In this document: positions 25,220 to 36,479 of the stretch, piece after piece
Layout: every line of letters begins with the position of its first letter
How positions within the stretch are numbered: position 1 is the first letter of the stretch
Assembly (NCBI GenBank): GCA_001662655.1
Contig: KV460230.1
DNA: 64,000 nucleotides
Strand: one strand, 5' to 3'
From: Pseudogymnoascus verrucosus
Lineage: Eukaryota
The notes under the pieces: model-generated
What the model saw: only the letters and a program-made list of their open reading frames with translations
Databases searched by the model: none
Told to the model about the DNA's origin: nothing
Translations under genes and position numbers: made by a program

Positions 25220-26373
25220 TGGGACCCAGGGAGCTCGTCTTAGCTATTTTCGTGTTTCTTTCGAGAAGTTTGTGGTATGTGGTGTTCCACGGAAAGTCTC
25301 AGTGGCGCTGGGTAACAATATTCAAGTATAGTTCGTGGTCGGCTTTAATGAGTTCGGCTCCCTCGCAATGCTGTAGGCAGCCACAGTGTCAGTCGGTAGC
25401 TTCACAGGATAGATGGCAGTGGAAAGGAATTACTTCAACCAAACCTAAATAACTGGATTACATAAATGAATCCCCATAGACCCCTAGTTGGTTTGAGATT
25501 CAGGCGATTCTGGTGTAATCCGAGGGGTTTAGACGCCGCCACTACAAGCACGGCCTCTGCTCGTCTCTTGGAAGCCTTTCGACGGCTATCTCCTTATCGT
25601 TATCAGATTCAACGACAGATAATAGGATATGCTTCGTCAACATATCACAAGGCGTTTATGTATATCTCAAACTATGGCGCCAATTATTGTAGGATGTCGT
25701 GTGGCTACCCGCCAAGGGAGCGAGGCTTCGGCCGACGTTTGGGCCTTATCGTAGCCTTATCAAACGCTAAGGTCTCGCTCACAAAGGTACGAGTACTGAA
25801 ACTACAAAAGTTCCTGAATAATGCTTCACATCCGTCACGTGGACATGTTATTCTTCTAGCCAATAAAGATAGAACGTGTGAGACCTTTTGACTTTGAATA
25901 AAACGAAATGTCTTGCTAGGCACTGACTGCTATGCTTTTCTGTTTGGGCGGTGAATGTCTTGTCCTGACGCTAAAGGTGCACAAGGAAAGGCCCGAGTTT
26001 GTGGCGAAGTTTGATGACAGTGGAAACGGAACGTTACCTTCACATCCTGTTGACATCCTGCATTTCCTCCCATTTTTTTGTCATCTTCAAGGCAACTATC
26101 GTTTCTCGCATACAGTTAAAGGCGTGTCGTTATTTTTAAGTTTCTAAGCACTTCTTTACATCTGATCCAACAGCCACGTTCGTAACGATCTTCCATATCA
26201 AAAGCTTATATCCGCAAGACAAGGGTTGGGTGCTTATCTTATAACGGCTGAGGGCGGAGACATTCACCCCTCCCAAGACTTCATTTTCTATTCTGGCTAT
26301 AGAACCCTCGCTCTTGGGATTCTAGCCATCTCGCGGTACTTCTATTTCGTCTACGACTCAAATATTGCCTTCA

Positions 26374-27151
26374 ATGGGTAGCCTGGCTGAGACATCTACC
26401 CTGCCCTTCTGGCACGTCAATGTCCCTCCGGAGGAACGAGAGGAAGAATGCCCTCCATACTTACTGAGCGCCCGTGGCAAGGATCTAGAGATCCTTGGCA
26501 CCCCCGACTCGGAATATCAGCGCATGACTTGGCCTGAGCTACAGGGGCATATCTCCCGGAATCGCCTCGACGTCTTCCAGCGCACGCCCGTCGAGCTGCG
26601 GCGGTACTTTGCCTTCAACTATGAGATTAAGATGAAGTACGGCAGCGTCATGAACTTTGTGCTGGGGGAGAAGCTGCACTGGACACACCCCATTGTGGCA
26701 GATGGAAAGCCGTTCGAGAAGGACTCAGACCTGTCTATCAAGTGGAATGATTGGCCGTATGGCATTGATGAACGCATTTCTCACCTTGTTGTGTGGACGA
26801 AGTTTCCGCTGGAAGAAGATCCTAAGATGGGAGGGGATTTGACGGATAGACAGAGGAAGCAAATCGATGATTATGTTGAGAAGACGTTTAGAGTTCACTG
26901 TGGCAGCGATAATGTGAGTCATTCATTCCCATGCACTCGTCGTTTTTTGAAGTAAACGAATTAGGGACTGGCCGTGAAATATACTGTTGAAGGTAATACT
27001 AACCGTAAGATAGGTTATATGGTTTAGAAACTGGGCTAGCCTGAAAAGCGTGCACTCCGTGGAGCATTTCCATGTCATGCTATTCAATGTAGACAAGAAG
27101 TTCCTGGACAGTATCACTGACGGAGATGTGCCAATATCAGAGAAAGTCTAA
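26374..27151 (+). CDS. DUF3605 / GlcNAc-induced Gig1-like protein; intron 26914-27013
   Basis: [35 protein letters not shown] after splicing. Confidence 0.8.
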
Positions 27152-27614
27152 CGGTCTCGATGAGAGCGATAGCGAAAGATGTTGCGTTTAATCATAGATG
27201 ATGTGCATAGACTGGAATTGGGATGGATGCAGAAAGGAATAGATAGACTCCTTCGCTATGAATGATGAAGCAGCTTTTGACCATTCTGCTACTGTAGCCT
27301 AAAACCAAATAATATAGAAGCAGAATCCCACTCCAAGTGCAAATGTATGTAAGATCTCGCATAATAATACCATTCCCTGGCCAGCCTTTGGACTTCCATA
27401 ACCGTCCAACGCCAGCCTCCTAATATAATGCCGTATATGACCCACCATTGCCCTAATGGAAACCGACCATCTGTTGTTTATGCTTCTTTGACATCTCTCC
27501 TTCGTTTAATACCAGTAGTCTGTTACCAGCGAGACCGGTACTGTTGGGCCCCAGCCTGCACATGACGTGGATCTGGTTCTCCACGAGTAGCATCTACTGC
27601 ATAATCATTTCAGC

Positions 27615-29685
27615 TCATCCCTGCATCTGATGGTCTCCTGGATGATCTCCGGCCTGGGCACCGCTGCTATCGCCCGGGAAGTTATCTAAAATCCAGCTAT
27701 CAAGCCTGCCTTGGTACGGAAAGGGGACCCGCGACTCGACCCCTGTGTTCCACGAGAGCCATTCCTCCCAAAGAGTCTTGGAAGTGGCATCGATCGCAGG
27801 ATTCGAACTTCGACTGACAGTCACGATCGGAGCTTCCGCAAATGTTGTTGCGCTAGGCTTAACGAGTGAGACTCTGACGTCGCTGAAAGGCTCTCGTGTC
27901 GTGTATGGGAAGATGAAGTGTTTGATGATCCGGTTGACGAGATGTGCTGCCAACGATTCAAGAGTCTCGAAAGCGGATTCCTCAATAGACTGGTAAACCG
28001 TTAGCACGGGAAATAAGCAACGAAATCAAATTACATACCTTCACCACAATTTGTTCCAGCTCATTGTAGTGATCTTGGCCTACAACAACATATGGATCGA
28101 TTTCAACGGTTGCAATGACCATTTGCTTGGCTAGTCGCTCGTTTGGATTTAAGCCGATCAAAGTGGGAATCTTGATATTCTCAAGCTTTAAAACTGCCGA
28201 GTATGGCGCAGACTGGTTAACTCGATTGCCAGGGAGATATCCCGCAGTGATGGCGAGGCTAACGCCTTCGCTCAGGAGAGTACCCTTTGGCAGTCGCAAG
28301 GTCATTTTCATTTCTTGTAGGGTGTCCATGCTCAAGAGAGGCTGCTCATATAGGGGCCCATCCACAAGACACGGGCAACCTCCTCTGATATAAGAGTGTG
28401 CGAGCGCTGCATCTGGGACGCTACCGTTGGCGCGTCGTCCGGTGAGATATACGAAAATCCAGTTTATAAGATCAGCTACATTCCAATCAATTTCCAACCC
28501 AGGCCAACCTGCGAGGGGTCCTGGATCGTCTCTGTTTGCCCCGCGACTTGACAAGACTTTCAATATTGTCTTACTCAGCGTGCTGTAGTTGACAGTTCCG
28601 TCATCAAGTCTGTCGTTTTGCGCCGCGTAATCGAATCTGTTGCGCAATGATATCTTCGCAGACAGTAGCATTGGCTGAAACCTGTTGCATCGCCCTTTTG
28701 CGTCCTTTCCGCCCCATATATCTGTTCCAACAAGGGCATTGCTGGCAAGATTTCGCACTTCAATTACAGAGTGGTTGCTTGAGTAGCCTGATGCGATCAT
28801 AATCTCTCGGTATTTTGTAACACTGAGGGGGTTAGCTAGTAGCTGTGCACGGCCAGGGCCATTTCGTCCCATCGCGCTATTGCCCTGCTGTCCTCTTCCA
28901 GCAGGCCGTATTGGAGTTTGTTGTTCCCCGCCAGCTACAAGAGCTTTGGCGTCAGATCGTCGTTTCCTGGCGGGAGGGATGACCGTGCCATCTTCTGTCA
29001 CTTGCGCGCGTTTGAGCGATGAGTAGATGTTGTATATATCGTGAGGTAATAGATCAGGATTAAGAGTTTGCCGTAAAATAGTTACAGCCTGTCGTGGATG
29101 GACACCTGCACAATATAATTAGAATATACACTAGTAAGTTGCGAGGTAATACACCATACCATTAACTTGAAGCTCGCGAACTTTTTGCATCGCCTCTTGG
29201 TTTAGCCGGCGATGTCCAGAATGCGCTGATGTTGAATCGCTCGGCGGGTGATTATGGGTCCCATAGAATTCGGAGGGCCGATACCGAACCTCCCAGCCGG
29301 CATTGTCCTTCAATTGGACTCCCAAAAATGAGAATTGGCAGTCTGTCCGATGGCTCATGTCCTTGCGCTTCCTCTGGGGTGTGGATTCGTCTTGATTGGG
29401 CTGCGCTGGCTTGGGCTTTTTACACCTGTCGCATGCGTACGTGACAGTTTTACGGTCATTGTGAGTGGTGCTTCTCAGCTTAACAAAGCACTGGCCAGTA
29501 CTCCTGGCGTGAGTTTGTATGGCGTCAAAGAGCTCATCTTCCGAGTTGTATATTATCGTGGGTGGCAGCGAGAGGAGAGTCGGTGGTATCTGGCTCCCGC
29601 CAAAGTTATTATTATTGTTCGTGGAGACCACAGGTGTCGCGGTCGAGGGAGATGGCGACGAAGACTGCGAATCAGACTCCGACAT
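27615..29685 (-). CDS. Fusion protein (~655 aa): MULE-transposase-derived FAR1-type Zn DNA-binding domain plus tandem dihydroneopterin aldolase (FolB)-like domains; exons 29685-29160, 29105-28039, 27989-27615
   Basis: N-terminal YACDRC..RTDCQFS..W..HNHPPS..AH..HRRL..DIYN. C-terminal IEVRNL..VGTDIW..QP..TVNYSTLS and IGLNPNER..KQ..HYNEL..FETLESLA..VKPSA. Introns 29106-29159 and 27990-28038 join all parts in frame. Confidence 0.78.
29040..29560 (-). mobile_element. Mutator/MULE transposase-derived N-terminal segment (domesticated remnant; no DDE domain or TIRs seen)
   Basis: C-C-HxH spacing and flanking motifs typical of fungal MULE transposase N-termini; directly followed by non-transposase sequence. 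Confidence 0.6.
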
Positions 29686-30177
29686 CGCTGCGGATGAGGT
29701 TCATCTATTGCAATACGATTCTTTTGGTGAAATTGTGGTGAACGGCAGAATCTCGTGAGCCGGAGTGATATAGTAATGAGGTTAGTTGAGATGGGGCTGT
29801 CGCGAAGCTTGAGGTTGATTGAGTATGGGTGATTTCTCCGTTCGACCTGGACAGGATAGGCAGGCGGTGAGTCGCGCGCGCCCAGCCTCGTCAGGGTCAG
29901 CCCACTTCCCCTCGTCGACAATCGGAGGGTATGTATCAGATGATGCGTGAGGAGGAACACAAATTACTGAGCAAGAGTTGCATCTTATTTACGTAGATTA
30001 ACCATGTCAAAGTCGGGCTCTCTAACCCTACAAAAGTAGTTCTATTATTTACTTGTAATACACCTTTATTCACCCATTCCCACCCATTATCATGAGATTA
30101 TCAAGATAGCCTAAAACCAACGCCGCGCTCAGTCCCTACCAAATACCCCCTCATACCATTATTTAGAAAGCCGATGC

Positions 30178-31461
30178 CTACTTTTTATTGTTTTTTGTGC
30201 ATACTGGACATATCCACGTCCCAACTGGCTCGCTCTTTAAACCGACACACGGCCAATGGAACCATTCGAAGGGACATTCGTCGTTGTCACATGCCACCAT
30301 ATCGCCAAAGCTAACCTTCTGGCAAAGACAGTACTTTTTGTCATCGCTGCCTTCATCTTCTTCCCCTTCAAACATCTCCTCGTCGGCACCTTGGTGCTTC
30401 TTCACAGGAGGCGGTGTGGCAACGTCGTCCTCGTCTGCCAACGAACCTGTTTCGGCATCACTCAGCTCGCTATCATTTGTGGAAGACGGGGAGTTCTTAT
30501 TTCCAGTGCGCTTAACGCGACTGAGCCCCGACTTTCCAGGTTTTGGTTTATGTGGTGCAATACCTTGCTTATGAGGGGCAACCTTTTTCCCAACCGCAGG
30601 TGCCTTCGGCCCTCCTCGAGGTCCTACACTACCAGCTCTTGTTGCCGATGGAGTCCCGGCTTTTGGCGTGCCAGGACCTGTCGACGCATGTCGAGCCAGC
30701 CCACTTGAATTTGCTGGGAGAGTGCCTAATCCGCCTGTGATTCGCTGGCGCTTGTTCGCAGCACCAGCCGACGATTCGCGTGACTGCCTCTGGAGAAGAA
30801 GAGCAGCTGCTGGAGTTGCAGGTGCAGAGGAAGATATGTGCGAAATCCCTTGCTGGGCCTGCATTTGCGCCGAGCCCATCCTTTGTGCGCCAAGTGGTTG
30901 AGCCGTCGGACGAGACGGTCCACCGTTGGCAGACGGCGGGGGCAGCTGGGCTTGAGCCAGCGAAGCTGTGTTCAGACTTGGGCGATTCACAGGTGGCTCA
31001 GCGGCCGGGCGGAGAAGTGACGGCATATCAGAGTCCGCTGGAAACTCTCCCCTTTCTTGCAACGACAAGATCTGCAAGTCAAAATTTCGGATGTGCCTAT
31101 CAAGTGTTTGTTGCGTTTTCAATGCCAGCGCGCATTTCTCTTCCTGTAGTATCTGGGCTTTATCGTAGTTTTCAAGTATCTGCTTTCGAAGGATAGCCTC
31201 TTTCGGATTTGGTGTAAGGCTTCCATTGGTTCTTATCCACTTCTGAATGCTCGCATCGCGACTATTGATTACGTCCATGCACAGTTGAATCTGGCGATCC
31301 TTATCGGCCGTCTCCTCTTGCAAAAACTGAAGCTCGGCGGGAAGGTTGGACGCGCGATTAACGAAGTCGTCAAGGACGGTCATCGGGTCATTTTGCTCTT
31401 GCCCAAGCCCTGGCGGCATGTTTTCGAAGTGGGCGTCGATCGAAAGATCGTCTCTAGGCAT
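30178..31461 (-). CDS. YNG2: ING-family PHD finger protein (Yng2-like, NuA4 subunit)
   Basis: [16 protein letters not shown]-terminal coiled coil; [39 protein letters not shown]. Confidence 0.88.
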   Translation of the reverse strand: MPRDDLSIDAHFENMPPGLGQEQNDPMTVLDDFVNRASNLPAELQFLQEETADKDRQIQLCMDVINSRDASIQKWIRTNGSLTPNPKEAILRKQILENYDKAQILQEEKCALALKTQQTLDRHIRNFDLQILSLQERGEFPADSDMPSLLRPAAEPPVNRPSLNTASLAQAQLPPPSANGGPSRPTAQPLGAQRMGSAQMQAQQGISHISSSAPATPAAALLLQRQSRESSAGAANKRQRITGGLGTLPANSSGLARHASTGPGTPKAGTPSATRAGSVGPRGGPKAPAVGKKVAPHKQGIAPHKPKPGKSGLSRVKRTGNKNSPSSTNDSELSDAETGSLADEDDVATPPPVKKHQGADEEMFEGEEDEGSDDKKYCLCQKVSFGDMVACDNDECPFEWFHWPCVGLKSEPVGTWICPVCTKNNKK

Positions 31462-32358
31462 AATGTGTTAATACCTACAAGGCACTCAAGAGGTCTCCGT
31501 GAACAGTGGGAGTGGGGGGATACGTAGGGGGAACTCATGCGCAAGTCGGTGGGCTTACCTTAAATCAAAGTCTGTAGGAGGAATTCGTATAAATAGTGAG
31601 TCTGTCGTAATAGATTCACTTCGGCCGCGACTGCCGGCGATGGGAGTTGATGGTGAAGAGAAGGAAGTGACGACCGTGAGTGGGACAAGTGAGGTGCGCA
31701 AGGTAAGTTTAGCTAATCGGACGATTTGCGGATTCATCAGCCTTGCCGATGGCAAGGGTGGGGCAAACCGAGTGAACAGTCCTCAAAATTATGTAAGCCT
31801 ATATTCCTAGGCTTCAATCTAGCACTCTCACTCTTGCCGCCCATAACTCCGAAGAGGGACCATGCACAGCTGAGAATTTATGTTTATAATAAAAGCTTGT
31901 AGGATTCCCCCCTTTGGTTTAAATTTTCAGTAACTGGCTTAAGTGAACGTCTGAGAATCGCACCGAGTTATCCAGGGACAGTTCACTCGGTTTCTAAAGG
32001 AACAACGGGCGGGCTGGAGGTTTCGGGCTAATCAATCGCGCTAAAGAACTTAAGGTTTGGCGTTGACTAGCCGCTTATGGAACCACCCAAGCAGAGTTTC
32101 AAGAGATCGAAGGTCGAGTCCCAGGATACGAAATACATACGCCGTACATAATATATCAATATTGCCATCAAGAGAACTTCTTCATCTCGCATCTCCCTGC
32201 AGCTTGATATTGCACTACCATACACACACCTACACCTCTCAGCCGCATCACATTGAACAGATCACGAGGAGTCCGCCCGCCACAGAACGAATATCACGTG
32301 TGGCATATAGACCTGGCAGTGGCGGCGAAGATCGAGGAGGCCTCGCCCAGGAGAGAAG

Positions 32359-33780
32359 ATGGTGATGCCAACGAACACTATTGTGCAGAATTACGGGCCG
32401 CCGTTTGCAGTGCACGGTGATGTGGACAACCTGAAGTTCTCGCGTCAGATCAAGGAGGAAGCGATCAGGAATGGCATCAAGAAGCCCAAAGGATACACTG
32501 TGTCTTGGCACTTAAATCCCGAGATTGAGAGGCACCACTTTGGACGTTCGCATCCTATGAAGCCATGGCGGTTAACGTTGGCGAAGGGCCTCATCACATC
32601 ATATGGCATGCACTATGCCATGGACTCGTACGTCTCGAGAAAGGCCACACCGGAGGAACTGGCGGAATTCCATACGCAGGACTACTTGGACTACTTGAAG
32701 ACAGCCATGCCGTGTGAACCAGTCTCATACCCAAGCCATCCCCACAATCTCGGTGGCGACGATTGTCCTATATTCGAAGGCCTGTTTGATTACTGCTCGA
32801 TGTATGCCGGCGCATCCATAGACGCTGCCAGGAAACTTTGCAACCATCAGTCGGATATTGCCATTAACTGGTCAGGTGGTCTACATCACGCAAAGAAGTC
32901 AGAAGCTTCCGGTTTTTGCTACATGAACGATATCGTTCTTGCGATCTTGCAGTTGTTACGCCACCATCCGCGTGTGCTGTATATCGATATTGATGTCCAC
33001 CATGGTGATGGCGTCGAAGAGGCGTTCTCCTCGACCGATAGAGTTATGACCGTGTCATTCCACAAATACGACAAGGACAATTTCTTCCCTGGCACTGGTC
33101 CTCTCAACAGTACAGGCCCAGAGGATGAACATAACCCTGGCGCCCACCACACTGTTAACGTCCCTCTCAACGACGGCATAGACGATGAGCAATACACTTC
33201 CCTCTTCAAAACCGTCATCCAGAGTTGTGTCGACCGGTTCCAGCCATCAGCAATTGTCCTACAATGTGGTGCCGATTCCCTTGCCGGTGACCGTCTTGGG
33301 CCTTTTAACCTCCAAGTCCAAGGCCACGGCGCCTGCGTCGCCTTCTGCAAGTCTTTGCGCCTGCCCCTCCTACTCGTCGGTGGCGGCGGGTACACTCCTC
33401 GTAACGTCGCCCGAGCCTGGACCAACGAGACCAGCATCGCTATCGGCTGCGACGCGACGCTGAACCCCATTCTCCCGAATCACACGCCCTACCGCAACCA
33501 CTTCCGGCAAACGACCCTCTTTCCCACCCCAGACGAGCTGCTCACGGAGAGCCGCTTGAACCGCAATACCCCTAAGCGCATCGCGGAGATCGTGGCGAGT
33601 ATTAATGAGGAACTTCGCTTCGTTAATCACGCGCCGAGTGTTCAGATGCAAGATATACCGCCTGATTTAACGGGGCTGAGGGATGAGGTCGAAGATGAAA
33701 TAAGAGAGAATCGGGAAGACAAGGATGAGGACTACCGGAAAGAGAAAGAGGAGGCGGTTGGTGTAGATATGGAGTTGTGA
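32359..33780 (+). CDS. HOS2: Class I histone deacetylase, Hos2/HosA type
   Basis: HPMKPWRL, DCPIFEGL, NWSGGLHHAKK, ASGFCY, YIDIDVHHGDGVE, QCGADSL, GGGGYT. Confidence 0.92.
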   Translation: MVMPTNTIVQNYGPPFAVHGDVDNLKFSRQIKEEAIRNGIKKPKGYTVSWHLNPEIERHHFGRSHPMKPWRLTLAKGLITSYGMHYAMDSYVSRKATPEELAEFHTQDYLDYLKTAMPCEPVSYPSHPHNLGGDDCPIFEGLFDYCSMYAGASIDAARKLCNHQSDIAINWSGGLHHAKKSEASGFCYMNDIVLAILQLLRHHPRVLYIDIDVHHGDGVEEAFSSTDRVMTVSFHKYDKDNFFPGTGPLNSTGPEDEHNPGAHHTVNVPLNDGIDDEQYTSLFKTVIQSCVDRFQPSAIVLQCGADSLAGDRLGPFNLQVQGHGACVAFCKSLRLPLLLVGGGGYTPRNVARAWTNETSIAIGCDATLNPILPNHTPYRNHFRQTTLFPTPDELLTESRLNRNTPKRIAEIVASINEELRFVNHAPSVQMQDIPPDLTGLRDEVEDEIRENREDKDEDYRKEKEEAVGVDMEL

Positions 33781-34180
33781 GGGGCCGGTTAGGCTAGGTG
33801 GGATTTTCAGCTGGAGTTCGGGGTTATGGCCACCGCGTAATACAGAGCGGGACATGGGGTTGGAGTTGCAGCTGTCTTATTTTGTTAGGTCAATGTCGTT
33901 CATCTAGACTCGAGTTTTTGACAACAGCGCCTCAAGCTAGTGGACATTTTCGGCATCGAAGTAGCAAGTAACTGATTATCTTGCCACGACGAAACATAGT
34001 ATTGCTTACTGTAGTAAAGTTATTAAATTTATTGTCTTAATTTAAATATTTACTTGCACTATTGATATTCTTCGCAAAAGTACCGCGTTTCTCTCAGGTT
34101 AGTGCAGTGGACACTTCAAATTCTATTAATGGCTCAACTATCCTGATATTTCTGGTATTTGCATACGCTTATATGTAACT

Positions 34181-36112
34181 CTACGCTGCAGCTCCTGCAG
34201 GCACATCTACAGACTCTGCAGCCTCTACCTTTAGGCCCTCTGTTTTCTCTGTTAAGGCAGCCACACCCGTCTGATTCGCAATGCGGCGCTTGATCTCATC
34301 TGCCAAGTTGCTGATCTCTACTATAACGCCGTCCTTATCTGGGTGGTCTTGGGGGAGGTGGAGTCCCAACTCCTTAATCTTGACCTGGTTCTTCGCGAAC
34401 TCATCCTCACCGAAGATGACACCAAACGGCACACCATTGTCCTCTGCCGCCTTGAATTGTTGTTGTAGCTTTGGCTTAACCTTGTACATGAATTCGGCCT
34501 TACCGAAGAGTTAGCAAACGGGTCATTACAGAGTGTGGGCATCTAGCACGTACCTTAATGCCAGCCTTCCATAGCTGAGCGCAGATGGCCATACGCTCTT
34601 GTAAGAGGCCAGTGAAGCCCTTACCGCCAACTGCCATTACGTAGACATCAACCTCGTTGTTTCGCACCTTAACATCGTTCTTTTCCGCCTCCATCCTTGC
34701 CTTTGTGATAGAGAAAATACGGTCAACACCGAAAGAGATTCCGACACATGGGATTTGATTCTTCCCGGAGAACATGCCAACAAGGTTGTCATATCTGCCA
34801 CCGGCGGCAACACTACCAACGCCTACACTAGGATCATTTGATCTGTCCTCTTCACCATCTGCGCCCTTTGACCTCGATGGCTTCTTGGACGGCTTAGGAG
34901 GTGCCGCCGTAGCTGCAGATGTTGTAGCTAACGTGACTGGCGCGGAGCCAGGTGCAGAACCTTCCATAACAACCTCATAGATGAGGCCGGTGTAGTAGTC
35001 CAGGCCTCTAGCCAAGCTAAGGTCGAACGAAACATTGCCGAGCGCATCAAAAGACTTAAGATAGCTGAATAGGAGATCCATGTCTGCTAATCCGGCCTTC
35101 ATGGATTCGTTGGCCATTAGCTTCTCATCAGCCTTGAGCTTAGTTAATAGGTCGGTTTGTCCCTTTAGTACGACATATTCGCCAATCCTATCTGCGATCT
35201 CTCCATCGAGACCCTTTTCTTCCGTCATCTCCTTGCGTACATCGACCCAGGGCAGCTTATCAAGCTTGTCAACCGCAGACGAGATAGTACGGATTTTGTC
35301 TCCTGGAACACCGCAAACCTGGAAAATTCCGTCTAAAATTTTGCGGTGGTTCAACTTAATTGTGTAGCGGCCGTCCCATCCCAAGCCAGTGAAGATTTCA
35401 GTGGTGATTTTCACAATCTCAGCGTCGGGGAGCATGGCGTCGTATGTCCCAGCAATATCGAAATCGCATTGGTAGAATTCTCTCATTCTGCCCTTGGTCA
35501 TGGCAGGTTGGTCACGCCTGTAGACCTTCGCAATGTGATAGCGCTTGATGCTCTGGACGTCTCTGTTCATGGCTAACCATCTAGCAAATGGTACCGTCAA
35601 ATCGTATCGGAGCGAGCAGATTTCGCCACCTTGGTCGGCCAGGTCATAGATGAGCTTGCTATCTTCTCCATATTTGCCGGACAGGATTTCCTTCAGTTCA
35701 AATACTGGTGTATCTATAGTGACAGCTCCGTGGCGCTTGAAGACGTCGGTAATGGTGGAGAAGATCTTGTCGCGAATGACCATATCAGTTCCTTGCCCTA
35801 TATGATATTAGTGACCAGACAAGTCCGCAGACCAAGGCACAGTTACATACAGTCCTTTGTCCCCTTTGGCGTCTTCAGCTCGAACTTGGGAGCTTTCGGA
35901 GCTTTGGGGGCTCTGGGGGCCTTGGGAGCCTCGGGGGCCTTAGGAGCTTCGGAAGCCATATCTAAAGACTCTTGAGAGAGTGCCGGTGTTGACGACGAGT
36001 GTCGATAGTGCAAATAGCTGGTCGTAACCGTAACAGGAGCAGCTTGCTGTAAAATTCTGTGTCGTATGAAAGGCCGTAAAGATCGTGATATGGGGTTCCG
36101 AAGGCACTTCAT
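34181..36112 (-). CDS. HTS1: Histidyl-tRNA synthetase with two in-frame ATGs (36112 mitochondrial, 35959 cytosolic); introns 35798-35850 and 34499-34553
   Basis: [61 protein letters not shown]. Confidence 0.96.
35886..35950 (-). repeat. 9-nt coding tandem repeat (AP[KER] x7) at the HisRS N-terminus
   Basis: [21 protein letters not shown]. Confidence 0.8.
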
Positions 36113-36479
36113 TCGCGAGTCATGTCCTTTAACGTTGTGGTATTTTGTGACTCGGACGGTTACTGCAAGGCTGTGTATACTTTTTTGATGCGCGCCCAAT
36201 CAATGGATAAGGTTGTAGCCTGAGGTTTGGGCCCCTAAAAGGTGGGGTTACCGCGACTGTCAACGATTTCGCTTCGCGTGACGGAGGGTTCAGTGCCAAA
36301 GCTCCACGACGCGCCTAGAGTACATGAGAATATACGCAATCTAAGTTTCGCGGAGACACGCCTACTTTACACTACAACATTGTTTACAACTCCTCAATAC
36401 ATATTCGATATCCGTCTCTATGCATTGCCTCTAATAAATATTACTCTATCACTACTCAAAAGGCGGTACATCGTTCGCC

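Noticed and set aside
29000..30170. Intact Mutator transposon around the FAR1-like ORF
   Set aside because: No DDE catalytic domain, TIRs or target-site duplication visible; treated as a fused remnant.
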